DNA of 64,000 nt from positions 16,492,001 through 16,556,000 of the forward strand of contig OZ287758.1 of NCBI GenBank assembly GCA_965649765.1, read 5' to 3'. A program made the position numbers and the translations under genes. Shown piece after piece: positions 23,683 to 37,269 of this stretch; within the stretch, counting starts at the first letter, position 1; each line of letters opens with the position of its first letter. Under the pieces are notes generated by a model. That model saw only the letters and a list, made by a program, of their open reading frames with translations, was not told the DNA's origin and searched no databases. The stretch is from Bispira polyomma (Eukaryota).

Positions 23683-26600
23683 TGAAGAAGGGTTGATAGT
23701 TAAAAGTATGGTTGAAAGTATTTCCATATGAAGGATTTCATCTACTTGCAATCGTTAAAGTACATATTTTCATTGAAAACATTAGTGCTGGTATGATGTA
23801 ACTTGTAAACATGTAACAATGCAATAAAATATAGTTTCTTATAATTCTACTATATGATCAAACATCTAAATGTCATGAGTCTAAGGCCTATGTTATGGCG
23901 GTTTTTATGATTCAAAGAAGTATAAATGTAACTGTTTTCAGTGAACACAAGCTGAATTTGGTGATATTTAGATATCATGGAACATACACATCCACTGAAA
24001 TGAGGTCACATCAGCTGGTATAAATATTCTTTCAGGCATATATTAATTATGACTTTCACAGCTAGGAATACTCTGATACTTTTTATTATCAGCACACCTA
24101 AGTAGAAGATATATGGCAATAGACAGGTGACTAAAATAGGCATTAACATTGCAATGAAGGGGAAGTGCATATTTGATGAACAAATAGTCAAATCCTTAAC
24201 TACAAGGTCACAATTGCCTAGTTGTTATATAAACAGCTGCTTAAATATAACTAGCTGCTGGAGCTGGTCTAGGGATGCTGATATTTGGTGAAAACCTAAT
24301 AAATGACACAAGTATATATATGTCCAGTAATATCACAGGTAACTTCACAGTATGTGTGGGATACTTGAACGTTTCTGTAAATGGATGAACAAGAAGTAAT
24401 TCTTTCTTAGAAATGCAAAGTTTGGAAAGCGAGGCCTGAACTATACATTTCTATTTTTTTCAGTCAGCCAAGCAATGGGATGCAGATGATCAAATGAGGT
24501 ATGATAAATGTAATAAACTTGAAAATGCCAAGTTGTCACTATTTCTGTTGTTTTAAGTGCTTGATTGAAACAAACATTTGGCTTGTGAAGAGAAAATTGA
24601 AAAAAAGACACCACTAAAGCAAAAGGTTTATATCTTTATCAATGGCAATGTTTTAGAAAAGCTACAACATGATTTCTTACATTGTCTTTAAAAATATACA
24701 TTTTCTTTTGTAGTACCCACCCATATGAATACAGTGATTGATTGACTCACTTGTTTAAGTGGAAACTATATCCTTGTCTCTATATGGTGAATAGTTTTAT
24801 TGTATTCACTCCATTTCGTAGAGAAACTCCTAACTGACAAACCCTAAGTCGGACAGCTAGACACACTCACGGCTTGATCCCCCTAAATTAAATAGTGAAA
24901 TATCAGCTGTATCCTGTAATTGTATTGCATTGAGCTAAAGTTATATGAACGACTGCAGAACTACACCCCAATCCATCACACACTGTGGCTAGAATCACAC
25001 AAATCTTACATCATTTTTGGCCATTCAGTCTACTGATTTTAGTGTAGGGAGAAAACCTGGCAAAGTAGAGAGAATGGGATTGAGTGATTATAAAAACAAC
25101 TGCAGTGTTATTTATATGAACACTATTTGATATACATATTAGTACAAACGTTATTATTGTATCCATGTGAGAAGTTGTTAACTACTTTGTGCAATTAGCA
25201 ATGTATGTACTGTAGAAATACACTGGCAGTACTGATAATTGGTAGGAAGTATCATAAGCAGGCCTTAACATGCTGATATAAGAGTGACGTGTACACGTTT
25301 TAAGCATTGGCTCTTTACTATATCATAGTGCTGAACCTACCATACATAAAATAATAGCTTTTGATGTTGTGATAGTTTGTTCATATTTGAGGGCCACAAC
25401 TTAATTACTAGAAATATTTTGGGTAATTGTTATTTGCCATATCAGCTTAAAGTGGCCTATATTTTTATTAATATTTTAGTTAAAAGTAGGTGCCTTAGGG
25501 TAGAAACAAAATCTTGTTAAATTATATATCTTATATTTTTAGCAATATAATAGAAAATAGTAAAATATATGTAAAAATCCAACACAAATTTGTAAATTTA
25601 CATGTGACAGTATATTCGGAAAAATTAATTCTGACAACTTTCAGGCATGGAGTATAAAAAAGCCCTAGCAACTTGCAAGTTTTTGTTTGCAAAAATTAAC
25701 CGGATATTTCTAGTTTCAATAACTTCCAGCCCTTTTTGCAAATGAGGGTTAAAGAAACCATGTTGTTTCAACTTCACTTTCGAAAGTAATTCTCTGAAAT
25801 GAAATAGAGAAACTAAAGGCTGTGTGATGGGTCACACTTGTATCACCAGCCAAAGTACCTCACGGGAGCCAAGAGAGGCAATATGTGACGGAAACCTGCA
25901 AAAACATGAATAGCTTAATTAAGTTACTGGAGATCTAATAGAAAAAATCTCAGCCTGACTGCTTGCAAATGAAAGACATAAAGATAGGTGTTCATTTAGT
26001 CAATTAAACTTAAATCCGTTCAACTGTTGTTTAAAAAAAAGCATTGCGCATGAAGATAATTTAAGTCAAGGTAAACACTGGTATAATTAATTTACTAGCT
26101 GTTGCAAATTATTACAAATGTGGCCTCAACTTTATAGTACAACATTTTAAGTTTGATGAAATACAGAGCCTTTGGTCAAAAACCAAAACAACTGTCATAT
26201 TTATCTGTTTCGTCATTACTCCCTCTATCCTTCTATTGGCAATTTAATTTGTGTTCTTCATGGATTGATGTATATGTTGCCGTTTGGTTTTAAGACATCA
26301 ATTCACTGACACTATGGTAACATAACTAGTAAAAGGATAAGTAATATTGGGAAATTTTTTATATCTTTCCAACATACGGCTGAAATTATTTAACAAATGC
26401 AAGGAAATCATGTGTTGTTTATTGGGTGGTTTATGTCAAACATTAACTAGAAGTTTCTGTCTAACTAGTCACAGAAGAACGTTTGGTGTTTTTTATATTT
26501 GTGGAAATAATAATGCCATGTTTATTGCAAGCAAAATACTTGACATCAGTTACTTTAACACTATCTCGCAATTAATTATCCTTGTCACCACAATTGCGAT

Positions 26601-27916
26601 AAAGTTTTTTCAGTGACATAATTACATAAATAAATCTATAGATTGGTTTGTGCTGGTATATATCCCTATTGTGTAATATAAAAAAACAAACAATATAATA
26701 ACGAAACAATACAATGGTATGCCATTATTTTATTCTTTTAACTACACATCCTTTGTTTGATGGTATTTATATGAGGAAGATATTACCACTTCTGTTTCAA
26801 TAAATACTTGTAAATCAATAGTAGCTCAAAACTCAGAAAGTCTGGACATAGCAATGGTCCATTGGATTTATACCTAAAAGTTTAACTATTAATGTCTTTT
26901 TGATATATTATACACATATAAATCATACATCTTAAGCATCCACACTTAGTTAAAATTTAGCAATGACAACACACAACTTACTCTGATGAAGTGTAAAATT
27001 AGTGCAACATTTTCAGCTATTAATTTTGCAGTTATTAAATACACCCAATAAAACATTTACTCAAAACAAGATGGAGTTCATTGCATAGACAAATTAAACT
27101 AAAACCAATTCTTTACAGCTTTATTACTTCATGGATGTGTCTTTCAAATGTGTGTTATATTTATTTGTCAAAAGTGTTACAAAGCAACCTGCATTAATTC
27201 TGTATCCCAATACAACAATGGAGTTCATTGCACAGGAAAAGTAAAGCAAAATGAATTCTTTACAGAGGATGTTTCCTTCAGTTGTGTGTTATTGCATTTG
27301 ACAAATTACCAGTATAGCAAAAGTGCTACAAAGCAAACGTCATTTCAACTATCCACCGAGATACTCATCTCACTTTGTTAAACAGATTTTCCCCAAAACA
27401 CCATGGCAACTATTATATTTTTGGTTGAGCTTGACTGCCCAAACCAGAGCCTTTTATCTTTATCCTTCAATAAAGCTACTTTTTCTACCTTCAGCCTATT
27501 TTGTTTATCTTAAATGCTGCATTGTTGTCACAAAACCCAGTTTTTCAAATCCAATAGACAGTTAAGTGAAGTAGAAAGAAAACACTTAGACATACAGACA
27601 GGCCTGTTTTGTGTAAAAATAATAACTTCTGGGGATCTGCAAGGATACAATTCATCAAATATTAACAGTTTCTCCCTTTTGACAAGAACAACCACAGAGA
27701 GGTTAACACTACAGTTGTTATTGAAAGAGTAAAATAGAGTTTAAAACTATGGTTTTCCGTTTAATAGGAAAATGTTTATTGAACATAGAGCCATGACCTA
27801 ATGGTTAGGGAGTTGGTCAGGTGATCTCAAAGTCTTAAGTAATACCATAATGTTTATGTGGGAATAAAATTATTGGTCAAGATGTGAACACACAATTGCT
27901 TACATGTGACAGCCAG

Positions 27917-28122
27917 AATTTGAATTTGGATATTTAACGTCCACTCTAGTACCTGTTTAGGTTATATTGAGATGAGTAGTTGGAAATGCTGGAGGAAACA
28001 CTGTAAGGAACTACCACCTTTCCCACACAGGCATCGACGGGAATGGAACTCACACCGCCCAGAGGTGAGAGACCAGTGATTGTGAAGCGCAATGCTTGCT
28101 AACCACTAGGCCACTGCGGCCC
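27917..28122 (-). mobile_element. RUDI/V-SINE-like SINE (internally deleted), founder of the adjacent array
   Basis: Reverse complement of the 19630 family from the gaatttgaatttgg tail to the gcggcccc head; lacks ~50 bp of the V region. Confidence 0.9.
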
Positions 28123-29386
28123 CTGATATGGTCAGTACAGGCCTCTTAACTACCACCATTCCCACAGGATTCGAACTCACGCCACCCAGAGGTGAGAGAC
28201 CAGTGATTGTGAAGCGCAATGCTTGCTAACCACTAGGCCACCGCGGCCCCTGATATGGTCAGTACAGCCCTCTTAACTACCACCATTCCCACAGGATTCG
28301 AACTCACGCCACCCAGAGGTGAGAGACCAGTGATTGTGAAGCGCAATGCTTGCTAACCACTAGGCCACCGCGGCCCCTGATATGGTCAGTACAGCCCTCT
28401 TAACTACCACCATTCCCACAGGATTCGAACTCACGCCACCCAGAGGTGAGAGACCAGTGATTGTGAAGCGCAATGCTTGCTAACCACTAGGCCACCGCGG
28501 CCCCTGATATGGTCAGTACAGTCCTCTTAACTACCACCATTCCCACAGGATTCGAACTCACGCCACCCAGAGGTGAGAGACCAGTGATTATGAAGCGCAA
28601 TGCTTGCTAACCACTAGGCCACCGCGGCCCCTGATATGGTCAGTACAGCCCTCTTAACTATCACCATTCCCACAGGATTCGAACTCACACCACCCAGAGG
28701 TGAGAGACCAGTGATTGTGAAGCGCAATGCTTGCTAACCACTAGGCCACTGCGGCCCCTGATATGGTCAGTACAGGCCTCTTAACTACCACCATTCCCAC
28801 AGGATTCGAACTCACGCCACCCAGAGGTGAGAGACCAGTGATTGTGAAGCGCAATGCTTGCTAACCACTAGGCCACCGCGGCCCCTGATATGGTCAGTAC
28901 AGCCTTCTTAACTACCACCATTCCCACAGGATTCGAACTCACGCCACCCAGAGGTGAGAGACCAGTGATTGTGAAGCGCAATGCTTGCTAACCACTAGGC
29001 CACCGCGGCCCCTGACATGGTCAGTACAGCCCTCTTAACTACCACCATTCCCACAGGATTCGAACTCACGCCACCCAGAGGTGAGAGACCAGTGATTGTG
29101 AAGCGCAATGCTTGCTAACCACTAGGCCACCGCGGCCCCTGATATGGTCAGTACAGTCCTCTTAACTACCACCATTCCCACAGGATTCGAACTCACGCCA
29201 CCCAGAGGTGAGAGACCAGTGATTATGAAGCGCAATGCTTGCTAACCACTAGGCCACCGCGGCCCCTGATATGGTCAGTACAGCCCTCTTAACTATCACC
29301 ATTCCCACAGGATTCGAACTCACACCACCCAGAGGTGAGAGACCAGTGATTGTGAAGCGCAATGCTTGCGAACCACTAGGCCACCA
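28123..29386 (-). repeat. 127-bp tandem array, 10 units, each carrying a complete SINE tRNA head (A+B box)
   Basis: Unit starts at 28123, 28250, 28377, 28504, 28631, 28758, 28885, 29012, 29139, 29266. Confidence 0.97.
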
Positions 29387-32300
29387 GAGCCTCTCCCACA
29401 GTAAAGTGGTATCTAACACCATTGTAAACACCATCACACACATCTTTAGCTTTCCCAGTCTAAAAATTTTATATTTCAAAACAATCAGCTCCGAATGTAT
29501 TTTCTTTTATATATCCATAACTTCAATAAGCTATCACCTTATTTTCAAAATGTATGATTACAGGTAACTTCACAGTTTGCATGGGATACTTCAGCATTTC
29601 TATAAATGGATGAAATAGAATAATTTTTTGTTAGAAATCCAAGGTTCTAAAACTGAGGCCTGAACTATATATTTCTATTTTGATCAGCCGGCTGAACAAT
29701 AAGGTGCAGCTGATTTAATGTTGTATTATAATGTAATAAACTTAGTTACTCCCCTGTAAATAACTACAGAGGCCAGAGATTACAAGAGCAAATAAAAAAG
29801 TAAAATGTTTATATCTTTATCAATTGCAATGTTTTAAAATTGCTAGGCAACATAATTTCTTACTTTGTCTCAAAGGAGGCACATTTTCCTTTGTAATAAA
29901 CCAACGCATATGAATACAGGGATTAAGTGACTTACTTTTTAAAGTTTGTAACTATATCATTGTCTCTATATGGTGTGTAGTTTCATTGTATCCACCCCCT
30001 TTCCTAGAGAAACTCCTAACTGACAAACCCTAAGTCAGACAGCTAGACACACTTACAGCTTGATCCCCCGAAATTAAACAATAAAATTTCTGATGTATCC
30101 TGTAATTGTATTGTATTGAGCTAAAATGATAAGAACGACTGCAGACCTACACCACATTCCATCACACACAGTGGCTAGAATCACACAAATCTTCTCTCAT
30201 CAGAGGCCATTCAGTGTACTGATGTTAGTGTGAAGGAAAACGCAGAAAGTAGGGAGAATGGGACTCAGTGATTATAAAAACTACCTGCAGTGTTATTTAT
30301 ATAAACACTATTTGATATACGTATTAGTACAAATGTTATTGCACGGGAGGTCGCAATGTTTGCCGGGGTCATAAAGTTGTCTGTTGCAGTTTAACAAACT
30401 TACAGACGGAAATAAATATTGAAACCACATGCTACTTTCAGTTTATGAATTAAAGTACAGAATATTATATTTTATTTTTAAGAAATCTACGATTTAGATA
30501 TTGAAATGTGAGTCAACCAATATTATAACCCAACCAACATTGTGACCGCCCGTGTATTGTATCCATTTGAAAGAGTTGTTAACTACTTTGAAGCAATTAG
30601 CAATGTATGTATGCTAGGTTGGAAATACGCTAGAAGTACTGATAACTAGTTAAAAGTATCATAAGCAGGCCTTAACATGCTGATGTAAGAGTGACGTGTA
30701 CATGTTTGAACCATTGGCTCTTTACTGTACTAGTGCTGAACCTACCATACACAAAATAATAGCTTGTGATGTTAAAGTAGTTTGTTCATATTTAAGGGAC
30801 ACAACTTAATTACTAGAAATATTTTAGGTAATTGTTATTTATCATATCAGCTTAAAGTAAATTATGGCCTATATTTTTAATAAATATTTTAGTTAAAAGT
30901 AAGTGCTTTAGGGTAGCAATAAAAACAGGGTTAAGTCATATACCTCTTAGCAATATAAAAGAAAACAATAAAATCTATGTCAAAATCCAACACAAATTGT
31001 AATTTTACATGTGGCAGTACTTTCGGAAAATTAATTCTGATAACTTTTAGACAGTATAAAAAAACTTCACAATTTTTTGTTTGCAAAGTAACCGGATATT
31101 CCCAGTTTCAATTACTCCAGACCTTTTTTGCCAATGAGAGTAAAGGAAACAATCTCGTTTCAACTTCACTTTCGAAAGAACTTTTCTCAAATGCAATAGA
31201 GAAGCTAAAGGCTGTGTGATGAGTCACACTTGTATCACCAGCCAAAGTACCTCACAAGAGCCAAGAGAGACATTTTGTGGCGGAAACCTGCAAAAACATG
31301 AATAGCTTAATTAAGTTACTGGAGATTGAATAGAAAAAAATCTCAAGCTGACTGCTTGCAAATGAAAGACATAAAGATGGGTGTTCATTTCGTCAACTAG
31401 ACTTAAATTAGTTTAATTGTTGTTTAAAAAAAGAATTGCAAATGAAAATAATTTAAGTCAAGGTAAACATTGGTGTAATTAATTTACTAGCTGTTGCAGA
31501 GTATTACAAATGTGGCCTCAACTTTATAGTACAACCTTTTAAGTTTGCTTTTCCAGATCTTAAGTTGGCAGAACATTTCTTTAGCTGTATAGCTGTGTGT
31601 TTATTTAAAACTATACTCGTCTCAATCACTTTCAAGGCACTAGTTGAAAATAATACACCGTTTCATTAGCCTCAACCCCCAAAAATATAATTATTCCCTG
31701 GACAAGACTCAAATCAACATAAGTTGTAAATATGATAAAGCCTTCACTTACGGTTTGTACTATGTGGAGTCACAGTGCCATATAGTTACAAAAAAGGACT
31801 GTATATCACTGCAGATGGGACTTTACAAGGCTGTGTTGTCACATGAATAACCCATTACATGACCTATACACACAGTCAATGTGAAATAGTTACCAAAGAA
31901 CTATACAAGGAGTCAGTGTGTCTCCAGATGTGACTTCGTCAGGTTAGTAGTATCACAATAGATGATATATTGAGATATTTTCAACATCATTCTTACAGGA
32001 AATATGGTGCAAAATGATAATTAAATGAGGAGTTTATTTTAACAAAAACTGCAAGTTTCCATGGATCTCATGACAACATTATACGTTCTTTAACTGCAGA
32101 ATGTTTCATTGTACACATAATACTTGATATTAGGTACCAACACTATCTCACAAGTAATAATCTATATTTTGTGGGAATGTACTTATCTTACACCATTTAT
32201 TAAACTGGTTTATCAATCTTATACATAGTTTCACAGATAGGGCCACAGTTCAAATTATTATGAAATACAGAGCCTTTGGTAAAAAAACCAAACAACAGTC

Positions 32301-35300
32301 ATATTTATCTGTTTCGTTGTTACTCCCTCTATCCTTTCTATAGGCAATTTAATTTGTGTTTTTCATGGATTGATGTATATGTTGTATTTTGGTTTTAGAC
32401 ATCAATTCACTGACACTATGGTAAAATAAGTGGTAACAGGATAAGTAATGTTAATTTTTTTTCATATCTTTCCAACAGACGGCTACAATTATTTAACAAA
32501 TACAAGGAAATCATTTGTTGTTTATTGGGTGGTTTTTGTCAAACATTAACTGGAAGTTTCTGTCTAACTAGTCGCAGAAGGACGTTTGGTGTTCTTTATA
32601 TTTATGGAAATAATTTTGCTTAGTTTATTGCAAGCAAAATACTTGACATTAGCTACTTTAACACTATCTCACAATTAATTATCCTTGTCACCACAATTAC
32701 AATGAAGTTTTTTCAGTGACGATTTTAAATAAAAATTACATAAACTACCTATAACTAATAAAAAAAATAGTCAAAGTCATTGTGACGAGAGTACGCTTCA
32801 CTTTCTGACTTTTCCCCATTCTCTCTCTCGACCTGATCAAATGGCATCGAAGTGTAGCTTCTGATTAAGATTAATCTTATCATTATCATCAGATGTTAGA
32901 GATACCCAGGTTATTTTATATGTTGTATAATAAACTTCTTAAATACAATGTTATTTTTTTCTTCACATAAAACTCTTCTTACCCATGATGCCACTAAAAT
33001 TTTCCCACCAAACCTCAAGGTCATAAATATTTCTCTACAATGTTACAACTGATGCCGATGCTGGAAAACTACTATTACTATCAAGATGTTTCAATTAAAT
33101 CATGTACATATTCACATTTTTCCTGGGATTTCTTTATCTCCCCTATATCACCAGATATCTGGATCCTGACTATTTCAGGAAAAATACTACTTTCTGACAT
33201 ATTTATGTAATTTTTACCTCATGTTTTACTCCAATGAAGCCAAAGCTAGGCCAATACAATTACACTAACCTCAGGATGTTTTAAATTCATATAGTGTGCC
33301 CCCAAAACATGTTCTAATCAGTTAATATCACCTAAAGAGAACAAAAACCAACAGATATTTGTGATAAAGAGTATTTATATCAGTTCAAATTCAGGAATAT
33401 TTTTAAACTAAAATGAAAACACAAGATGTGGATTGAAATGGCCAGTTTATTCAACTGACAAAAATGTATATATTAAACCAAGCATGCAAGATCTTTACAA
33501 TTTGATTACATCACACAACTGACTTACATATACATTATTTATTTTCATAAGTGTGGTGAGGGACACCAACCAAAAATACTGCAGGTATCCCTCACCCCAC
33601 ATATAGTGTCCCCCTAAAACATGCTCTAATCAATCAATATCGCCCAAAAACAAACAAAAAACAACAGATACTTGTGATAAAAAGTATATTATTACTTACT
33701 ACTTGAGATGTGACACAGACACAAAACCATCCTCAGGTATATCCAGCTAGTTATAACACTTTTATAAAGCAAATTTATTCACATAAAGAACAATTTGTCA
33801 TTGTCAACACGGACATGACAGCAACTCTCATGCCAACTGCTTTCCTGAAAGGCAATGACTTTGTGAGAACAGAACAGGGACAACATAGAACGCATTAAAT
33901 ATTAAAGCTGTCTTCTTTATAATTACCACATAAAAGAGTAGTTAGTTTTTCTCTTCATAGAGTTTATTGCTTAGACGCAGTGAACTATAACCAATTCTTT
34001 ACAGGTTCATTACTTCATGGATGTATCTTTTCATTGTGTGTTATATTCATTTGTCAAAAGTTTTACAAAGCAACCTTCTTTTATTCTGTATCCCAATACA
34101 ACATTGGAGTTTATTGCACAGGCAAAGTAAAATAAAATCAATTCTTTACAGGTTCATTACTCTGGGGCTGTTTCTTTTAGTTGTATGTTATTGGATTTGA
34201 CAAATTACCAGTATGTCAAAAGTGCTACAAAGCATACAGTAATGTCAACCATCTACTATATTTGTCTCACTTTGTTAAACAGATTTTCCCCAAAACACCA
34301 TGGCAACTATTATCGTTTTTGCTTAGCTAGACTGCCAAAACAACTGCCTTTTGTGTTTATCCTTCAATAAAGCTACTTTTTCAACCTTGAGCTTATTTTG
34401 TTTATCTTAAATGCTGCATTGTTGTATCAAGTTTTTCAAATCCAAAAGACAGTTAAGTGAAGTAGAATGAAAACACCCAGACAGACAGACAGGCCTGTTT
34501 TGTGTAATAACTTACTGGGGATCTGCAAGGATAGATGTCATCAAATATTAACAGTTTCTCCCTATTGACAACCAGATACGCCAGTTAAATTGGAAAATAT
34601 AGAGACATTGTTGGGCAAGATATGAACACACCATTTCCCACTGGTGACGACCAATTAGTTATGTATTATGATCCAGATTAATGATTTATTGTGTCTGACC
34701 CTGCACTTCAGAAGGAATCTGGCATTGATAAGACACATTAAAATCCAAAATACAATTTATAAAACAACAGTGCACATCAATTACACATAAATATATTATA
34801 AGTGCTAAAGCCTAGGTCCTATCCCATCCCATATTAAAAAAATTAAAAGTATGCACTAATTAAGCAACAATGAGTTGTAGTTGAGTGAGGGGTGGGGAGT
34901 TACAATACAACTTGCAAACCCCTAAAACGAGTACGTCCAGGATATAGATTGTCTGGTTGATAACCAAAGACATAAACTGAATAATACAATGGCATTGATA
35001 TTGCACAAAATAAAACAATGCATATCAGTATTTAATCAATTGAATTAAAGCCATGTGGTTTTTCATGTGTACTCACTTAAATACAAAGAAGCAACTTTAT
35101 ACGCTGTTATAATTTTGTGAAAATGGAAAAATCATAATGTTGTTTTTTATTTTTGGCTCTTTCTGTTTAACCCCTTTGTGTGGGCCTGTAAATATCAGCC
35201 TCTCTGTAAGTTATAAGTTTCATTTGACCTACTGTAACATCAATGTGTTTTTGTGGGTAACTAACAAGCTGTAAATCTCTCCTTAAAATAAGTCAGAATT

Positions 35301-37259
35301 TTTATCTAAACAATGTACATGTTTACAGAGAAAATGATGTCCGGATCATGACATTACTGCCAGGAAACCTACATTAAGTGTTCTTGGCATTTGGGTTGTT
35401 AAGGCAATAAAACAGAGTGCTATGACTTCAGTGATATTTACTACATGGTTAAGGTTTAATTGGGTGGTATTCACAAAAATGTTATCAAACTAAGATGCTT
35501 TTGTTAGCAATACTTGTGAAAGATTATTGGCTTACTTTTAAATTGTAGTTTTAGCCTAAGTCTATCAGGCAGTTTGAAGTATTTTATAACGACTATTTAG
35601 CTTAAAACTATGACAAAGTGTCCATTACGACAATGGGTGCTCACAATATCATATAGTTATTGTGTTTTAGACTAATCTTTGCGAGACATGCTTTGTGATA
35701 ACAAAGAAATCGTATGTCCAGGACTAAGGTAAGCTAAGGTTCAAAATGAGGCTAGTTGTGACCTTTTTATTGTACTTAGTGATCGAGTCTACTCGTTAAA
35801 CTGTGAAAATGTTAAACCTTTAATTCAACCAGTGTTGGTCATTCTCATGATACCCAATATAATTAAATCAATGTCAGTATCTAAATAAAATTCTTGACAA
35901 AGACAACACATCGTGTTGATGCTTTAGCAGGTTGTTGACACTATATCATAACAAGAGGATATTTAAGTGAATTGCTTTAGCTTTTCCTAGGAATATTTAA
36001 ACCAAAGTGCTAGTTCTAAAAAAACTCTTTTCGAAATGTAATTCGAAACGTGGAATCTAATGACAATAATAACTATAAAAATATATAATTTTGGTTATTA
36101 TTAGCATTGTTAAATTACATCTCTTTAAAGGTGAGTTCTGTCATAAAATGTCAGAGGTCAGAGAAACTATGAATTTGTTCTACAAAACATGTGTAACGTT
36201 TTCAGAATAAAGAAGTTGATAAAACCAATTTAATTTGTTTTCTGTCAATGGTGAAATGAAGATATACATAAAAAGATACATTGAGGCACTGTTTCGTACA
36301 GTGTACTGATTATGATGACCTGGAGATTTTCTTACCCAATCATCAAATGTAAAGAAATTATCCTTAATAAAACAGACCAAAGGAACTGCCAACTGAAGTT
36401 TTAGTGGTGAGAAGTGAAAGCCATCATTAGTGTTTAACTACATATTTTAACATCACTCGACAACAACATGATAAAATAAATATTTATGTTAAATCCCATT
36501 TGGATTATGCTAATTGTTGAACTCCAAGGACATATGTATGTCATGTATCATCTTTGGTGTCATAAATTTCCTTCAGAACTATTTTCTATAAATTAGCAAT
36601 TTGATAAACTGTTTTTTTTTACTATTTGTGTGGTAGTAAGCACAGTAGCATTTATGTCCTCACTGTGTATGCTTTGTGAAGAAGTTTTACAACAGCAAGA
36701 ATGCACGAATGACAAATTATTCTACAGTCAATTTAACAGTTAATTACACAGATCTTTCCTTAAGTTTCCTTATTAAACAGAAAACATTTCACCAATATAT
36801 TACATACCCTTTTAGGAGAAAAATGTCTGCGACCAAAATAAAGACATTGTATAACAAAGTACAAGTCCATGTCTTCTATGCATTAAACACGACATACTAT
36901 TACACTGAAAAGACTGCCTAATCAACAGTCACCAGTATTGGGTCTTTAAAGTATTTAGCCGGTGTTGGCTTTTTAATGTTGACACAGTTGTTGACCTGAA
37001 TTTGTATATCAATTTAATGTTCTACCATAACTAAGTAACCAACCTTTCCTTAATATGTAAACTAAATAATTGCACCATTTCCCTTACCACAAGATGCCAA
37101 CAGCAAGTTTTCTATGGTGACTACATATTTAAACTACAAGCTGCAACAATGTAACATCTATTACAACGATTAGTATTTAGAAGGCACTTCATTTCCCCGG
37201 TAGCAGGCTAAAGGATCCGAGGTCATGAAGACGAGGTAAGTAAACACAGAATGCGGTAA

Positions 37260-37269
37260 TTTATTTATT
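37260..37269 (-). terminator. Poly(A) signal of the retroelement
   Basis: Overlapping AATAAATAAA on the minus strand followed by tgtgttt, ~70 nt inside the inferred 3' end. Confidence 0.5.

Larger units (their letters stand above)
14250..34570. repeat. Segmental tandem duplication family 1 (four diverged copies: ~14.2-19.0, ~19.2-24.3, ~24.3-27.7, ~29.6-34.6 kb)
   Basis: Collinear anchors: ctgcagaacta...ggctagaatcacac near 15334/21058/24953/30139; ccagccaa(a)gt(t)acctcac near 16213/21868/25846/31238; gatgccac near 17836/23591/32987; aatacagagcctttggt near 26160/32264. Confidence 0.9.

Noticed and set aside
28123-29386. CRISPR array or tRNA gene cluster (including tRNA-Sec, given CT-TCA-CA)
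   Set aside because: No spacers; acceptor and anticodon stems do not pair properly; the sequence is the head of a TSD-flanked SINE family
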